DNA from: Candidatus Gottesmanbacteria bacterium
GTDB lineage: Bacteria > Patescibacteriota > Microgenomatia > UBA10105 > UBA927
DNA length: 64,000 nucleotides
NCBI GenBank assembly: GCA_023245355.1
Contig: JAHFKN010000002.1
Span: 8,460 to 72,459 of the forward strand
Reading direction: 5' to 3'
Shown here: positions 19,622 through 28,781 of the stretch, in pieces
How the letters are laid out: the number at the start of each line of letters is the position of its first letter
Numbering within the stretch: position 1 is the first letter of the stretch
Program-made: the position numbers and the translations under genes
The notes under the pieces: generated by a model
Database searches by the model: none
The model's input: the letters and a program-made list of their open reading frames with translations, nothing else
Told to the model about the DNA's origin: nothing

Positions 19622-20575
19622 TCAGAATAACACCTGTTGCTGCTCCGTTTTTTCCGGCTGTTTTTTTCCTGAAACAGATTCGTGTTTCCCCGTCTTTTTT
19701 ACCAGGGGTTCGTTTGTTAAACGCCGAAGCAGAGACGGAAAATGCAGCGACTCAAGAATCGTTCTCACGGCAGCCGTGTCGAGCGAACTGATGCGTGCTG
19801 CATCCGGATCGAACACAATCGGGGCATCGGTGCGGATGGTAGCCAGGCGTTTCCCCAAAAACGCACTCTCTTTTCCTGCCAGAAGCTTCGCCCGTGTTGC
19901 ATCTCCTGAAACGGCAGGAATATCAGCATAAATACGTTCCACGGATCCAAACTGGGTAAGAAGCTGTACGGCCGTCTTCGGACCGATTCCTGCAACCCCG
20001 GGATAATTATCCGACGCGTCCCCCATCAGGGCCTTTAAATCCGCGATGAGTTTCGGAGGTAATCCCATGCGCTCCGTTGCTTCCTTTTCCCCGTATAATT
20101 TCCCCTCGGACAATCCTTTCGTCGGCATGAACAGTAACACCTTCTCATCGTTCACTAACTGCAAAATATCCCGGTCCCCGGTTATGATCACCACCTGATC
20201 GATTGCGCGGGCATCAACCTGACGGCAGATCGTTCCGATCACGTCGTCTGCCTCAAATCCGTCGCTTTCAAAAATCGGTATCCCGAAGGCTGCAACCGTA
20301 TCGTGCACCAAGGGAATCTGGCTCACAAAGTCATCCTCCATCTTTGGCCGCTGTGTCTGATATGCTGCAAATAATTTTTCACGGAATGTAGGCCCCGGAC
20401 GGTCAAATGCGACCGTCATATGGGTAGGTTTCAAATCCTGAAAAATCTTGAGGACCATCGAAACAAATCCGTACACGATATGAACCGGCCTGCCGTCCGG
20501 TGCCGTAAGCGGAGGAAGCGCATGATATGCGCGGTGCATAACTGCATTGCCGTCAATCAGTACCAATCGGTTCAT
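19622..20575 (-). CDS. Stand-alone 5'-3' exonuclease (PolA N-terminal domain)
   Basis: LIDGNA, EADDVIGT, TGDRD and GDASDNYPGVAGIGPKTA; no polymerase domain. Confidence 0.92.
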   Translation of the reverse strand: MNRLVLIDGNAVMHRAYHALPPLTAPDGRPVHIVYGFVSMVLKIFQDLKPTHMTVAFDRPGPTFREKLFAAYQTQRPKMEDDFVSQIPLVHDTVAAFGIPIFESDGFEADDVIGTICRQVDARAIDQVVIITGDRDILQLVNDEKVLLFMPTKGLSEGKLYGEKEATERMGLPPKLIADLKALMGDASDNYPGVAGIGPKTAVQLLTQFGSVERIYADIPAVSGDATRAKLLAGKESAFLGKRLATIRTDAPIVFDPDAARISSLDTAAVRTILESLHFPSLLRRLTNEPLVKKTGKHESVSGKKQPEKTEQQQVLF

Positions 20576-20581
20576 GGAGTA

Positions 20582-22474
20582 TCAGATGCTCCGCTTTTTT
20601 TCGCTCCCTAAGAGCGCGGAAAAATCATCGCCTTCGAGGGTTTCTTTTTTGATGAGCGCTTCAGCGACTACATCCAGGTCTTTCCGGTATTTTTTAACGA
20701 GCGAAAGTGCCTGCGCGTATGCGACATCGATAAATTTTTTCACTTCACGGTCTATGGCCGACTGCATCTCCTGTGACACCTGCTGCTGTTCATAAAATCC
20801 TTTTCCCCAATCAGTCACGTCGGCAATCGGTCCGAAATTGATGGGGCCCAAATCGCTCATCCCCCACTCGGTCACCATAAACCGGGCGATACGGGTTGCC
20901 TGATCGATATCATTGGCAGCTCCGCTCGTAATCTCCTTAAACACCACCTGCTCTGCCGCCCGGCCGCCCATGGTCATCGCCATCTCCTCAATGAGGCGCG
21001 ATTTTGTTTCATGAAGGCGGTCTTTTTCCGGAGGAGCCATGGTAAACCCGAGTGCCATACCGCGGGAAACGATACTGATGCGGTGTACGGGATCCAGGTG
21101 CGGACTGTAATAATTGACGACTGCGTGCCCGGCCTCATGATATGCAGTCATTTTCCGGTCCAAATCGCTCTGCAGACGCTTTTTTTCCGGACCAAGTTTC
21201 ACTTTGGTTGCAGCTTCCTCGATATCGGCCATATCAATTTCTTTTTTGGCGCCCCGGGCGGCGTGGATAGCAGCTTCGTTCAGCATATTTTCAAGATCAG
21301 CGCCTGAAAATCCTACGGTGCGTTTTGCGACTTTATCCCAATTCACGTTTGTCCCGAACGGCTTGCCTTTGGCATGAATTGCCAGAATATCTTTCCGTCC
21401 TTCAAGATCAGGCAGGTCCAACACCACCCGGCGGTCAAACCGGCCGGGTCTTGTGAGCGCCGGATCCAGGAGATCTCCGCGGTTTGTTGCGGCTACAATC
21501 AATACGGCCGTACTCGGTTCAAACCCGTCCATTTCCACAAGAATCTGATTGAGTGTCTGTTCCCTCTCATCATGTCCGCCCATAACACCCACGCTGCGCA
21601 TGCGGCCGATCGCATCTACTTCATCGATGAAAATAATTGCCGGTGCATTTTTCTTGGCCTGGGCAAAAAGATCCCGCACCCGGGCCGCTCCGACCCCGAC
21701 TAACATCTCCATAAATTCGCTTCCTGCAATCGAGTAAAAAGCGGTTCTCGCCTCTCCCGCCATCGCTTTGGCAAGAAGCGTTTTCCCGGTTCCTGACGGG
21801 CCTACCAGAATGACACCTTTCGGAGTACGCGCGCCTAGTGACGTGTATTTTGTGGGATTTTTCAGAAAGTCGACGACTTCTTCAAGTTCTTTTTTTGCTT
21901 CATCAACTCCGGCGACATCTTTAAACGTCACTTTCGGCAGATCCTTATTCCATACCCTCGCTTTGCTTTGACCGAATGAAAATATATTATCCTGGGCTCC
22001 CCTGGCCTGCCGGAACAGAAAAAGAAAAAATACGACCGTAAGGACAAGCGGGAGCACGTTGGAAATAATTCCCAACCAGATGGCACCCATGCTCAGATCT
22101 TTTATCGTAATTTCGACACTCTTAGGATCAACGCCGGACTTTTCTAACACGCTGATAAGGGAATCCTGCGACTCCTTGGTGGATGTGTATTTCGACCCGT
22201 CCTTATTGATAATGATGAGTTTGGAATCTTCGACGTCGATTGCTTTTATTTTCCCTTCTCTGACATCCGAAACGACAGAGGAAAGCGGCTTCATATCGGA
22301 TTGCCCGGTTTGTCCCAGGTTTGAAATCAGAGAAAACACAAAAAACAGCACAAACAACCCGATGACAACGTTTTTGAAATTGAGCTGCATCTGGATCTGG
22401 AAGACTTTTTTCTGTTTCTTGCCGTTGCCGTTTTTTTTGCCGGCATGTAGGTGTTTTTCTGCCATACGAGCCAC
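20582..22474 (-). CDS. ftsH: ATP-dependent zinc metalloprotease FtsH
   Basis: Two TM helices, [21 protein letters not shown] and HEAGH. Confidence 0.98.
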   Translation of the reverse strand: MARMAEKHLHAGKKNGNGKKQKKVFQIQMQLNFKNVVIGLFVLFFVFSLISNLGQTGQSDMKPLSSVVSDVREGKIKAIDVEDSKLIIINKDGSKYTSTKESQDSLISVLEKSGVDPKSVEITIKDLSMGAIWLGIISNVLPLVLTVVFFLFLFRQARGAQDNIFSFGQSKARVWNKDLPKVTFKDVAGVDEAKKELEEVVDFLKNPTKYTSLGARTPKGVILVGPSGTGKTLLAKAMAGEARTAFYSIAGSEFMEMLVGVGAARVRDLFAQAKKNAPAIIFIDEVDAIGRMRSVGVMGGHDEREQTLNQILVEMDGFEPSTAVLIVAATNRGDLLDPALTRPGRFDRRVVLDLPDLEGRKDILAIHAKGKPFGTNVNWDKVAKRTVGFSGADLENMLNEAAIHAARGAKKEIDMADIEEAATKVKLGPEKKRLQSDLDRKMTAYHEAGHAVVNYYSPHLDPVHRISIVSRGMALGFTMAPPEKDRLHETKSRLIEEMAMTMGGRAAEQVVFKEITSGAANDIDQATRIARFMVTEWGMSDLGPINFGPIADVTDWGKGFYEQQQVSQEMQSAIDREVKKFIDVAYAQALSLVKKYRKDLDVVAEALIKKETLEGDDFSALLGSEKKRSI

Positions 22475-22516
22475 AAGTATATCACGTTCACTGCTAGAGA
22501 ATCACACCGAAACGGA

Positions 22517-23896
22517 TTACCGGATTTTCGATCCTATCGGCATGCCCTCCGCGGAAATAAACTGCGGCCTATTGTCCGCTCCGTCAACTGCCAGGATCAT
22601 CCCCTGACTCTCTTCCCCCATCATCTTCCGGTACATGAGGTTGGTGATAAACAAAAACTTTTTACCGGAAAAATCTTCAGGCGTGTATCCGAACCCCCGC
22701 ACGCCGGTAAACACAATACGGGGTACGGTTTCGCCGATGTCGACAACCAGACGGATCAGCTTATCACTCCCCTCTTTGTTCTTCGCTTCCGTCACGTGCC
22801 CCACCCGGATTTCCATACGTGCGAATTCATCTATGGAAACACTGGAACCTGATTCCGGTTTCTGATATTGGAAAAATGAATACTGTGTCGTAATGCCGGT
22901 GACGAGTCTCACGTCGGTCATGGTCCGTGTGGCAACCTGCATGGCCGCAGCCTGACCGCGCGAAAGTATGTCTTTCACCATACCCGGATTATTCTTTAAC
23001 TCATCGTATGCGGTTCTCGCAGCGCCGAAAAACGTCATAAGGCTGTCAAACAGATATTCCTTCACCTCAACGTCGGATACTGACCCTGCTCTATAGTCAT
23101 CTTTAAGCGATTTCACCCGTACAGGATCACCGAAGAAATCAAGATACGCAAAAACCATATTTCCTTCAATGTGCCCCGGGTCCGTTGCGTGTCCCCGAGT
23201 CGGGTCCGTATAGGTACCCATCACCTGTTTTCTGATCACGTCTTCGGACTCAAATATGGAAATCACGTTCCCCAGACTCTTACTCATTTTCCGTTTTCCG
23301 TCGGTACCCATGACAACAGCGACTTCATCAGGTATATACCCGTCCGGCAACCGAAACACATCCTTTTTGTAAATTCTGTTAAACCGTCCGGCGATATCAC
23401 GCGTAATTTCAATATGCTGCTTCTGATCTTTCCCGACAGGCACGAGATCCGGTCTGTACAGAAGAATGTCTGCCGCCATAAGCATCGGATAGCTGAACAG
23501 TCCGACATTTATGTCATCTTCCATCACGTCTTTTTGGAGTTTGTCTTTATACGCATGCGCGCGCTTTAAAAGCCCTAACGGCGTTACGTTGTTAAGGACA
23601 GACTGGCACTCCGTATGCATCGGCACGTCGGATTGCCGGAAGAAAACAATGCTGCGGAACTGCTCTTCCGTTAAAAATCCCCTGAGCAAGGCAAGCTCAT
23701 TTAACACCAGCGTTTCGATGTTGTGCTGCAGTTGTTTTTTATCCTGAATGGTCGTCAACCCGTGAAGGTCAGCTACCATCAGGTATGTTTCGTTGGATTT
23801 GGCAAGCTCGATAAACTGCCGTACGGCCCCCAAATAGTTACCTATATGAAGGCTTCCGTCCCCGCTCGGTGTAATGCCTGATAATAATCGTTTCAT
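22517..23896 (-). CDS. trpS: Tryptophan--tRNA ligase with fused C-terminal tRNA-binding OB-fold domain
   Basis: HIGN, YPMLMAADIL, VGKDQKQH and KMSKS; last ~105 aa resemble Trbp111/MetRS C-domain (IRVG, SDKL, ESQGMILA); AAGGAGG SD. Confidence 0.95.
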   Translation of the reverse strand: MKRLLSGITPSGDGSLHIGNYLGAVRQFIELAKSNETYLMVADLHGLTTIQDKKQLQHNIETLVLNELALLRGFLTEEQFRSIVFFRQSDVPMHTECQSVLNNVTPLGLLKRAHAYKDKLQKDVMEDDINVGLFSYPMLMAADILLYRPDLVPVGKDQKQHIEITRDIAGRFNRIYKKDVFRLPDGYIPDEVAVVMGTDGKRKMSKSLGNVISIFESEDVIRKQVMGTYTDPTRGHATDPGHIEGNMVFAYLDFFGDPVRVKSLKDDYRAGSVSDVEVKEYLFDSLMTFFGAARTAYDELKNNPGMVKDILSRGQAAAMQVATRTMTDVRLVTGITTQYSFFQYQKPESGSSVSIDEFARMEIRVGHVTEAKNKEGSDKLIRLVVDIGETVPRIVFTGVRGFGYTPEDFSGKKFLFITNLMYRKMMGEESQGMILAVDGADNRPQFISAEGMPIGSKIR

Positions 23897-23920
23897 ACAT
23901 TTCCTCCTTTGCATTGTATC

Positions 23921-23957
23921 ACGTGATTCCTGCCCGGAAACCGGGCAGGAATCATGT
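23921..23957. other. Long stem-loop between trpB2 and trpS
   Basis: TGATTCCTGCCCGG-aaa-CCGGGCAGGAATCA, 14 perfect pairs; no adjacent U-tract on the minus strand. Confidence 0.75.
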
Positions 23958-23964
23958 ACCGTTT

Positions 23965-25275
23965 TTATGTGTATAGCCCTCCCTGCAGAAATTCTTCATA
24001 TGCCCCGAGATCCAGCAGCCCGTGCCCGGAAAGATTAAACAGTATGACCGTCCTCTTTCCCTCCTTTTTCGCGCGCGCAGCCTCAGAGATTACCTGTGCG
24101 ATAGCGTGCGAGGATTCCGGCGCCGGAATAATCCCTTCTGCTTGCGCAAATATCTCTGCCGCCCGGAAGCACTGCTGCTGACTGAAGGCCGCCGCTTCAA
24201 TAAGCTTCTTATGATACAGGAAGCTGATAAGCGGCGAGTCTCCGTGATACCGCAATCCCCCCGCATGAATTGCAGGCGGAACGAAATCGCTTCCGACCGT
24301 ATACATTTTCATGAGCGGTGTCATACCCGCAGAATCGCCGGAGTCATACCGGTACTCACCGCAAGTTAGCGACGGGCACGCCTTGGGTTCTACCGCCACC
24401 ACGCGGAGCGCGTTTCTTTTTCCGGACAGCTTGTCTGCCAGGAACGGGAAACTGATGCCCGCAAGGTTGCTCCCTCCCCCGCAACAACCGATAACGACAT
24501 CGGGGACAACATCCTCTTTCATAAGCTGCAGCTTTGCTTCCTGTCCGATAATGGTCTGATGAAGCAGCACGTGATTTAACACGCTTCCCAATGCGTAATG
24601 CGCTCCTTCAGTCGTTGCCGCCACTTCCACCGCTTCCGATATCGCCATTCCGAGACTCCCTGTTGTTTTGGAATCCTTCAGAAGAAACGCGGTGCCGGAC
24701 TTCGTTTCCCGTGACGGACTCGCAGTTACTTCTGCTCCATATAAATGCATGACGGTTTTTCGGTACGGCTTCTGCGCGTATGAACTTTTAACCATAAACA
24801 CCTTGCACTTCATATCGAAAAGTTTGCAGGCGAGTGCAAGTGCCGATCCCCACTGTCCCGCCCCTGTTTCGGTCGTTAACATGCGGACGCCCTCTTTTTT
24901 GTTGTAGTACGCCTGCGCGAGCGCCGTATTGAGTTTATGGCTCCCGACCGGAGATACTCCTTCGTATTTGAAGTATATCCGCGCCGGAGTGCCTAATACT
25001 TTTTCCAGCCGCCTCGCCCGTAGTAACGGCGTAGGCCGGTACATTTTGTATAATTCCTGCACCTCCTCCGGAATCGGCACGAATTCTTCAAGCGTTACCT
25101 CCTGCCTGATCAATTCCTGCGGAAACAACCGGGCAAGCGCGTCCGGTCCGATCGGCTGTTTCGTTTTCGGATCCAGCGGAGGCTCCGGCAGTTCATGCAG
25201 ATATTTGTTTAGGTAATAGGAAATATTCAGATACGAATCCGGTATCTCCTGCTTATGATTTATTTGTATGTTCAT
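23965..25275 (-). CDS. trpB2: Tryptophan synthase beta chain type 2 (TrpB2)
   Basis: GSHKLNTA PLP lysine, TETGAGQWG, GSVLNHV, GGGSN, HAGGLRYHG and NLSGHG, which are TrpB2-type rather than TrpB1-type. Confidence 0.93.
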   Translation of the reverse strand: MNIQINHKQEIPDSYLNISYYLNKYLHELPEPPLDPKTKQPIGPDALARLFPQELIRQEVTLEEFVPIPEEVQELYKMYRPTPLLRARRLEKVLGTPARIYFKYEGVSPVGSHKLNTALAQAYYNKKEGVRMLTTETGAGQWGSALALACKLFDMKCKVFMVKSSYAQKPYRKTVMHLYGAEVTASPSRETKSGTAFLLKDSKTTGSLGMAISEAVEVAATTEGAHYALGSVLNHVLLHQTIIGQEAKLQLMKEDVVPDVVIGCCGGGSNLAGISFPFLADKLSGKRNALRVVAVEPKACPSLTCGEYRYDSGDSAGMTPLMKMYTVGSDFVPPAIHAGGLRYHGDSPLISFLYHKKLIEAAAFSQQQCFRAAEIFAQAEGIIPAPESSHAIAQVISEAARAKKEGKRTVILFNLSGHGLLDLGAYEEFLQGGLYT

Positions 25276-25386
25276 ATGTAATTCCTTTCATAAAATTTTT
25301 GTATTTCACCCGCAGCACAACACATGAGCGTATTGCGCCAATACTCCCTCCCCCGGCTTTTCCAAAACATATACGTATGCATAGTG

Positions 25387-25788
25387 TTACTCCAGTAATT
25401 CCTTTATCCGTATTACCCGCATTATTCTCCCGCCCGCGACAACATGGCGTGTCGTTTTTGACGGAAACAGCTTCCCGGATACCGCCATTTCCACGACATA
25501 GCGTTTCAGTATGCCCGGCAGCATTTCTTTTCTGCGCAGGTACACTCTGATACCGGCATCCTTGTACCGGACATACAACACCGGTACCCGTTTTGCTCCC
25601 AGTTCCCGCAGCACGCGGACGCGGTGGTGACCGTCCAGAATCACGCGTGACGTTCTGTCAACAATCACGGGTTTTCTGATCACCTGCTGTGCACACATGC
25701 GTGCACGTACCGTTTGCAGACGTACCGGATCAGTCTGCTCGTGCGCGATAAGTTTGTTTATATCAACCAGCGTAATATGTGTATTCAT
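25387..25788 (-). CDS. ParB/Srx-fold protein, miniature SerK-like free-serine kinase candidate
   Basis: AHEQ, ILDGHHR, LGAKRVP and FPSKTTRH motifs; 133 aa with no HTH. Confidence 0.7.
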   Translation of the reverse strand: MNTHITLVDINKLIAHEQTDPVRLQTVRARMCAQQVIRKPVIVDRTSRVILDGHHRVRVLRELGAKRVPVLYVRYKDAGIRVYLRRKEMLPGILKRYVVEMAVSGKLFPSKTTRHVVAGGRIMRVIRIKELLE

Positions 25789-25813
25789 ACGTGCTCCGAT
25801 TCTTTTCCCCCAC

Positions 25814-25865
25814 AAAAAAAGCCCCTGCAAATTCCTCAGGATTATCCTGAAAAACTTGCAGGGGC
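25814..25865 (-). terminator. Intrinsic terminator of the T-box leader
   Basis: GCCCCTGCAA...TTGCAGGGGC followed by T7. Confidence 0.9.
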
Positions 25866-26105
25866 CTTCTTACGGCGGTGCCACCCTGCTTCATATTACC
25901 CTCTGCCTACAAATAACCCCGATCAGATCGGGGCGTCAGCTGAGGATAACCTCATTCTTGACGAGCTCCGTTTGTGTACGACACTCGTTCCTGTCTGTTG
26001 ACGGTTTCGGCTCCGTACAAAACATCTCTAAAGGAGAGTAGCTTTGTCAGCGCTTCCCTAAAAAACCGGGAATGAGGAAATCCCAATCAATCTCCTCATG
26101 CGCTT
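25814..26105 (-). promoter_or_regulatory. T-box riboswitch leader (transcriptional antitermination)
   Basis: Antiterminator GCAGGG-UGGCACC-GCC-guaagaa-GGC-CCCUGC at 25889-25858 overlapping a terminator; AGAGA bulge and GCCGAAA loop upstream; 5' limit approximate. Confidence 0.88.
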
Positions 26106-26172
26106 TTATGTACTTGTGGCATATAGTATACCATGTACGTCAATTTTTCGTGCGTTTTGGTACCATAGAGCT

Positions 26173-26736
26173 ATGTCCGTTTTGTCTATCCGAATCACGC
26201 TTATTATCTGTCACATATTCATCACGCTGTTGTGGGCAATAACCAGCCGGGGCAGAAATACGGCAAATTTCTTCGGATTGTTCCGTCAAACCAAATCAAT
26301 TCCCATTGTTCTGTTTGAATGCTTCGGTTTTGCACAGGTACTCCTGCTCCCCTACCTTGCGTTTTCCATGAAGACGGAGAGCATGCCAACGGTAAAATTA
26401 ATCGGCCTTCTCCTGGCTCTCTTCGGCACATTGCTGGCTTCCTGGGCAAAAATCGTCATGGGGAAAAACTGGGGCCGGCCTGCGCAGCATGACAAAACAA
26501 TACAATCCAGACTCGTTACCGGCGGACCGTTTGCCTACTCCCGAAACCCTATTTATGTCGGATTGCTGTTGTTGTTTCTCGGGCAACAGGCAGCACTGCA
26601 AAGTTATGGAATTTTCCTTATATTCCTGTTTGCGTACGCAGTCAGGCGTGCGGTTTCCCGAGAAGAACAGCTGCTGACAAAATTCTTCGGACAGTCATAT
26701 CGTACCTATATACACAAAGTTCCGCGGTTTTTCTGA
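26173..26736 (+). CDS. Isoprenylcysteine carboxyl methyltransferase (ICMT/PEMT) family membrane protein
   Basis: LVTGGPFAYSRNPIY, EEQLL and FG..Y..Y...VPRF. Confidence 0.88.
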   Translation: MSVLSIRITLIICHIFITLLWAITSRGRNTANFFGLFRQTKSIPIVLFECFGFAQVLLLPYLAFSMKTESMPTVKLIGLLLALFGTLLASWAKIVMGKNWGRPAQHDKTIQSRLVTGGPFAYSRNPIYVGLLLLFLGQQAALQSYGIFLIFLFAYAVRRAVSREEQLLTKFFGQSYRTYIHKVPRFF

Positions 26737-26757
26737 CCTGCTACAATACATATCTGT

Positions 26758-27045
26758 ATGGACATCGGTAAATTCTCCTACTACGCACGCAAAATTCACA
26801 GGCTCCTTATGCTATTTATCGTCGTATTAGGCCTTGTCCAGATGGTCACGGGGATGAGCATGAAATATCCGGGTATGATTCCTTTTATTGATCCTACGGC
26901 TGCCAGACTGCTTCACAGTCAGACGGCAACATATTTTTCCGTCGTGTTCGGCCTCCAGATGATTACCGGGCTCGTTATGTACCTTGCTCCCACGCTTATT
27001 AAGACATTCCGCAAACCTCCGAAGAACACTGACCTTCCGAATTAA
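26758..27045 (+). CDS. Small membrane protein (PepSY-TM-like)
   Basis: RKIHR, two TM helices with TG motifs and a conserved-looking His. Confidence 0.6.
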   Translation: MDIGKFSYYARKIHRLLMLFIVVLGLVQMVTGMSMKYPGMIPFIDPTAARLLHSQTATYFSVVFGLQMITGLVMYLAPTLIKTFRKPPKNTDLPN

Positions 27046-27098
27046 CTTTGCGCAGCCTCCTTTGAACTGATATAATCCCCTTGTACTCATATACGTAC

Positions 27099-27171
27099 CG
27101 CGGGGTAGTGTAAAGTTGCACAGGAGGCTCATAATCTCCTAGGCTGGGTGCGATTCCCAGCCCCGCAACCA
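27099..27171 (+). tRNA. tRNA-Met(CAT), initiator-like and atypical
   Basis: Cloverleaf with CGCGGGG/CCCCGCA acceptor (C1:A72 mismatch), CTCATAA anticodon loop and encoded CCA; TATAAT at 27071. Confidence 0.85.
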
Positions 27172-27174
27172 AAG

Positions 27175-27205
27175 AAAATCAGACTCCAACAGTGAGTCTG
27201 ATTTT
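27175..27205. terminator. Bidirectional intrinsic terminator
   Basis: AAAATCAGACTC-N7-GAGTCTGATTTT between the tRNA and the convergent sulfatase-like gene. Confidence 0.8.
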
Positions 27206-27242
27206 GTATTCGGCCGTTATATAAAACTCATCCGGAATTCCG

Positions 27243-28778
27243 TTAAAAATATCCCCGTTCGATAAGTTTTTCCCGTGTACCAGGCGCGTACTTAAATCCT
27301 TCAAACGGTTGATATCCGTTCAGATCCAAAACAATACGGGAATTCAGTATTCCGAAGTAATACCGGGCTATATCAGGTTTACGCATAATAATATCCGTAA
27401 ACTCCCCCGGATCACGTTTCAGATCATACAATGCCACACGCCTGGCCCGGCTATCAACCATGAGTTTATACGACGGGTCTTGGATGGCATAAAAATATCC
27501 GTTATTCATGGATATGGCGTAATCAGCAACGCGTGCCGATGAATCTTCCAAAGATAAACGGAGTGATTTCCCCTGAATACCGGTAGGTACTACCCCAAGC
27601 GTTATATCGGAAAGCGTCGGAAACAGATCGAGATTTTCCGTCACTGCGGAAGTAACGTTCCCTGCGTATCCCGGAATCCGGATAGCAAGCGGCACATGAT
27701 ACGCCTCGTTATACACACCATTATAGTGTCCGAACATCGCATGTTCACCAAACGCCTCCCCATGAGATGAGGTAAGCACAATAACGGTTCGTGAAGCTAT
27801 GTCAGGACGAAGAAGATACTCGGTCAATGACTTCATCTTTGCATCAAGCGCAAACACCTTCGATTCATACATCATCGTAAGATAAAGAGCGTCATCAGGA
27901 CTATGGAAATCTATATACTGCAGATAGGCGTCGCGCTTTGTCCAAAACGGATTTGGCAACCGCTCAACATCCCGATTCCGTTCAAGGAATTTAAAATACG
28001 CGATTATCTCACCCGGATCTTGCCTCCTGAACATGTTTGCGTTCTCGCGCACTGCTGTTTCGGAAAATATTTCTGTTGCGTGACGCCGGACATATTGTTC
28101 CCATATGGGCACAAATTCCGGATACGTATTCGGCAGCCCTTTCGGGCTCTTGAGAGATCGTAACGGCGTTTCTCCCGGCAACAACAGGTACGGCAAATGC
28201 ATGGTAGAAATATATCCATGGAAAAAATACGGCCGGCGGGATTGTTCCAGCTTACTGATTATTGCCGGCCATTCAGACTGCAGGTCCGCATTGTATGAGG
28301 TGAAATCGTACCCCGGGTGACCGTGGCTATCCTCGGAAAACGTATTGTAATCGCGTACGTACCCCGCATATGCGGTCTGATACCTGTGATTCTGAAAATA
28401 CTGCGCCATGGTTGGGACTGACGCGCTGAGAATATCCTGACTCCACCCGACCAAAGACCGGTTCGGATATAACGACGTGATCATGGAATATTCGCTGGGG
28501 GCAGTCCAGGGAGCCTGACTGAATGCGTTCGTAAAATACACACTTTGCCGGACCAGGGTACAGAGATTGGGTGTTATTGTATTCCCCTCCCCTAAACACC
28601 GTATGGCATCCGACCGTAATCCATCAATATCAATGATTACTACGTTACAGTTTCGGCATGAGGAATTTCCCCGCGTACGACGGACTACACCAAGTATCGC
28701 TGCGCAAACACCCACGATCAACAACGCGTATATACATATCCTCAATAGGTTCACTGTCGGTGTATGTTTCATATGCAA
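27243..28778 (-). CDS. Membrane-anchored sulfatase-like (alkaline phosphatase superfamily) protein
   Basis: IDGLRSD, APWTAPS, HLPY, SSHGE.FGEH and LYDL..DPGE. Confidence 0.82.
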   Translation of the reverse strand: MHMKHTPTVNLLRICIYALLIVGVCAAILGVVRRTRGNSSCRNCNVVIIDIDGLRSDAIRCLGEGNTITPNLCTLVRQSVYFTNAFSQAPWTAPSEYSMITSLYPNRSLVGWSQDILSASVPTMAQYFQNHRYQTAYAGYVRDYNTFSEDSHGHPGYDFTSYNADLQSEWPAIISKLEQSRRPYFFHGYISTMHLPYLLLPGETPLRSLKSPKGLPNTYPEFVPIWEQYVRRHATEIFSETAVRENANMFRRQDPGEIIAYFKFLERNRDVERLPNPFWTKRDAYLQYIDFHSPDDALYLTMMYESKVFALDAKMKSLTEYLLRPDIASRTVIVLTSSHGEAFGEHAMFGHYNGVYNEAYHVPLAIRIPGYAGNVTSAVTENLDLFPTLSDITLGVVPTGIQGKSLRLSLEDSSARVADYAISMNNGYFYAIQDPSYKLMVDSRARRVALYDLKRDPGEFTDIIMRKPDIARYYFGILNSRIVLDLNGYQPFEGFKYAPGTREKLIERGYF

Positions 28779-28781
28779 TTG

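Noticed and set aside
19622-20575. polA pseudogene
   Set aside because: The exonuclease domain is intact, ends cleanly and is tightly flanked by other genes; a split or stand-alone form is the simpler reading.
25387-25788. Chromosome-partitioning ParB
   Set aside because: No HTH or dimerisation domain and no parA; motifs and context fit a SerK-like enzyme better.
26059-26121. Trp leader peptide (ribosomal attenuator)
   Set aside because: The short minus-strand ORFs in the leader (MPQVHKSA, MRRLIGISSFPVF) contain no Trp codons, and the T-box explains the terminator.
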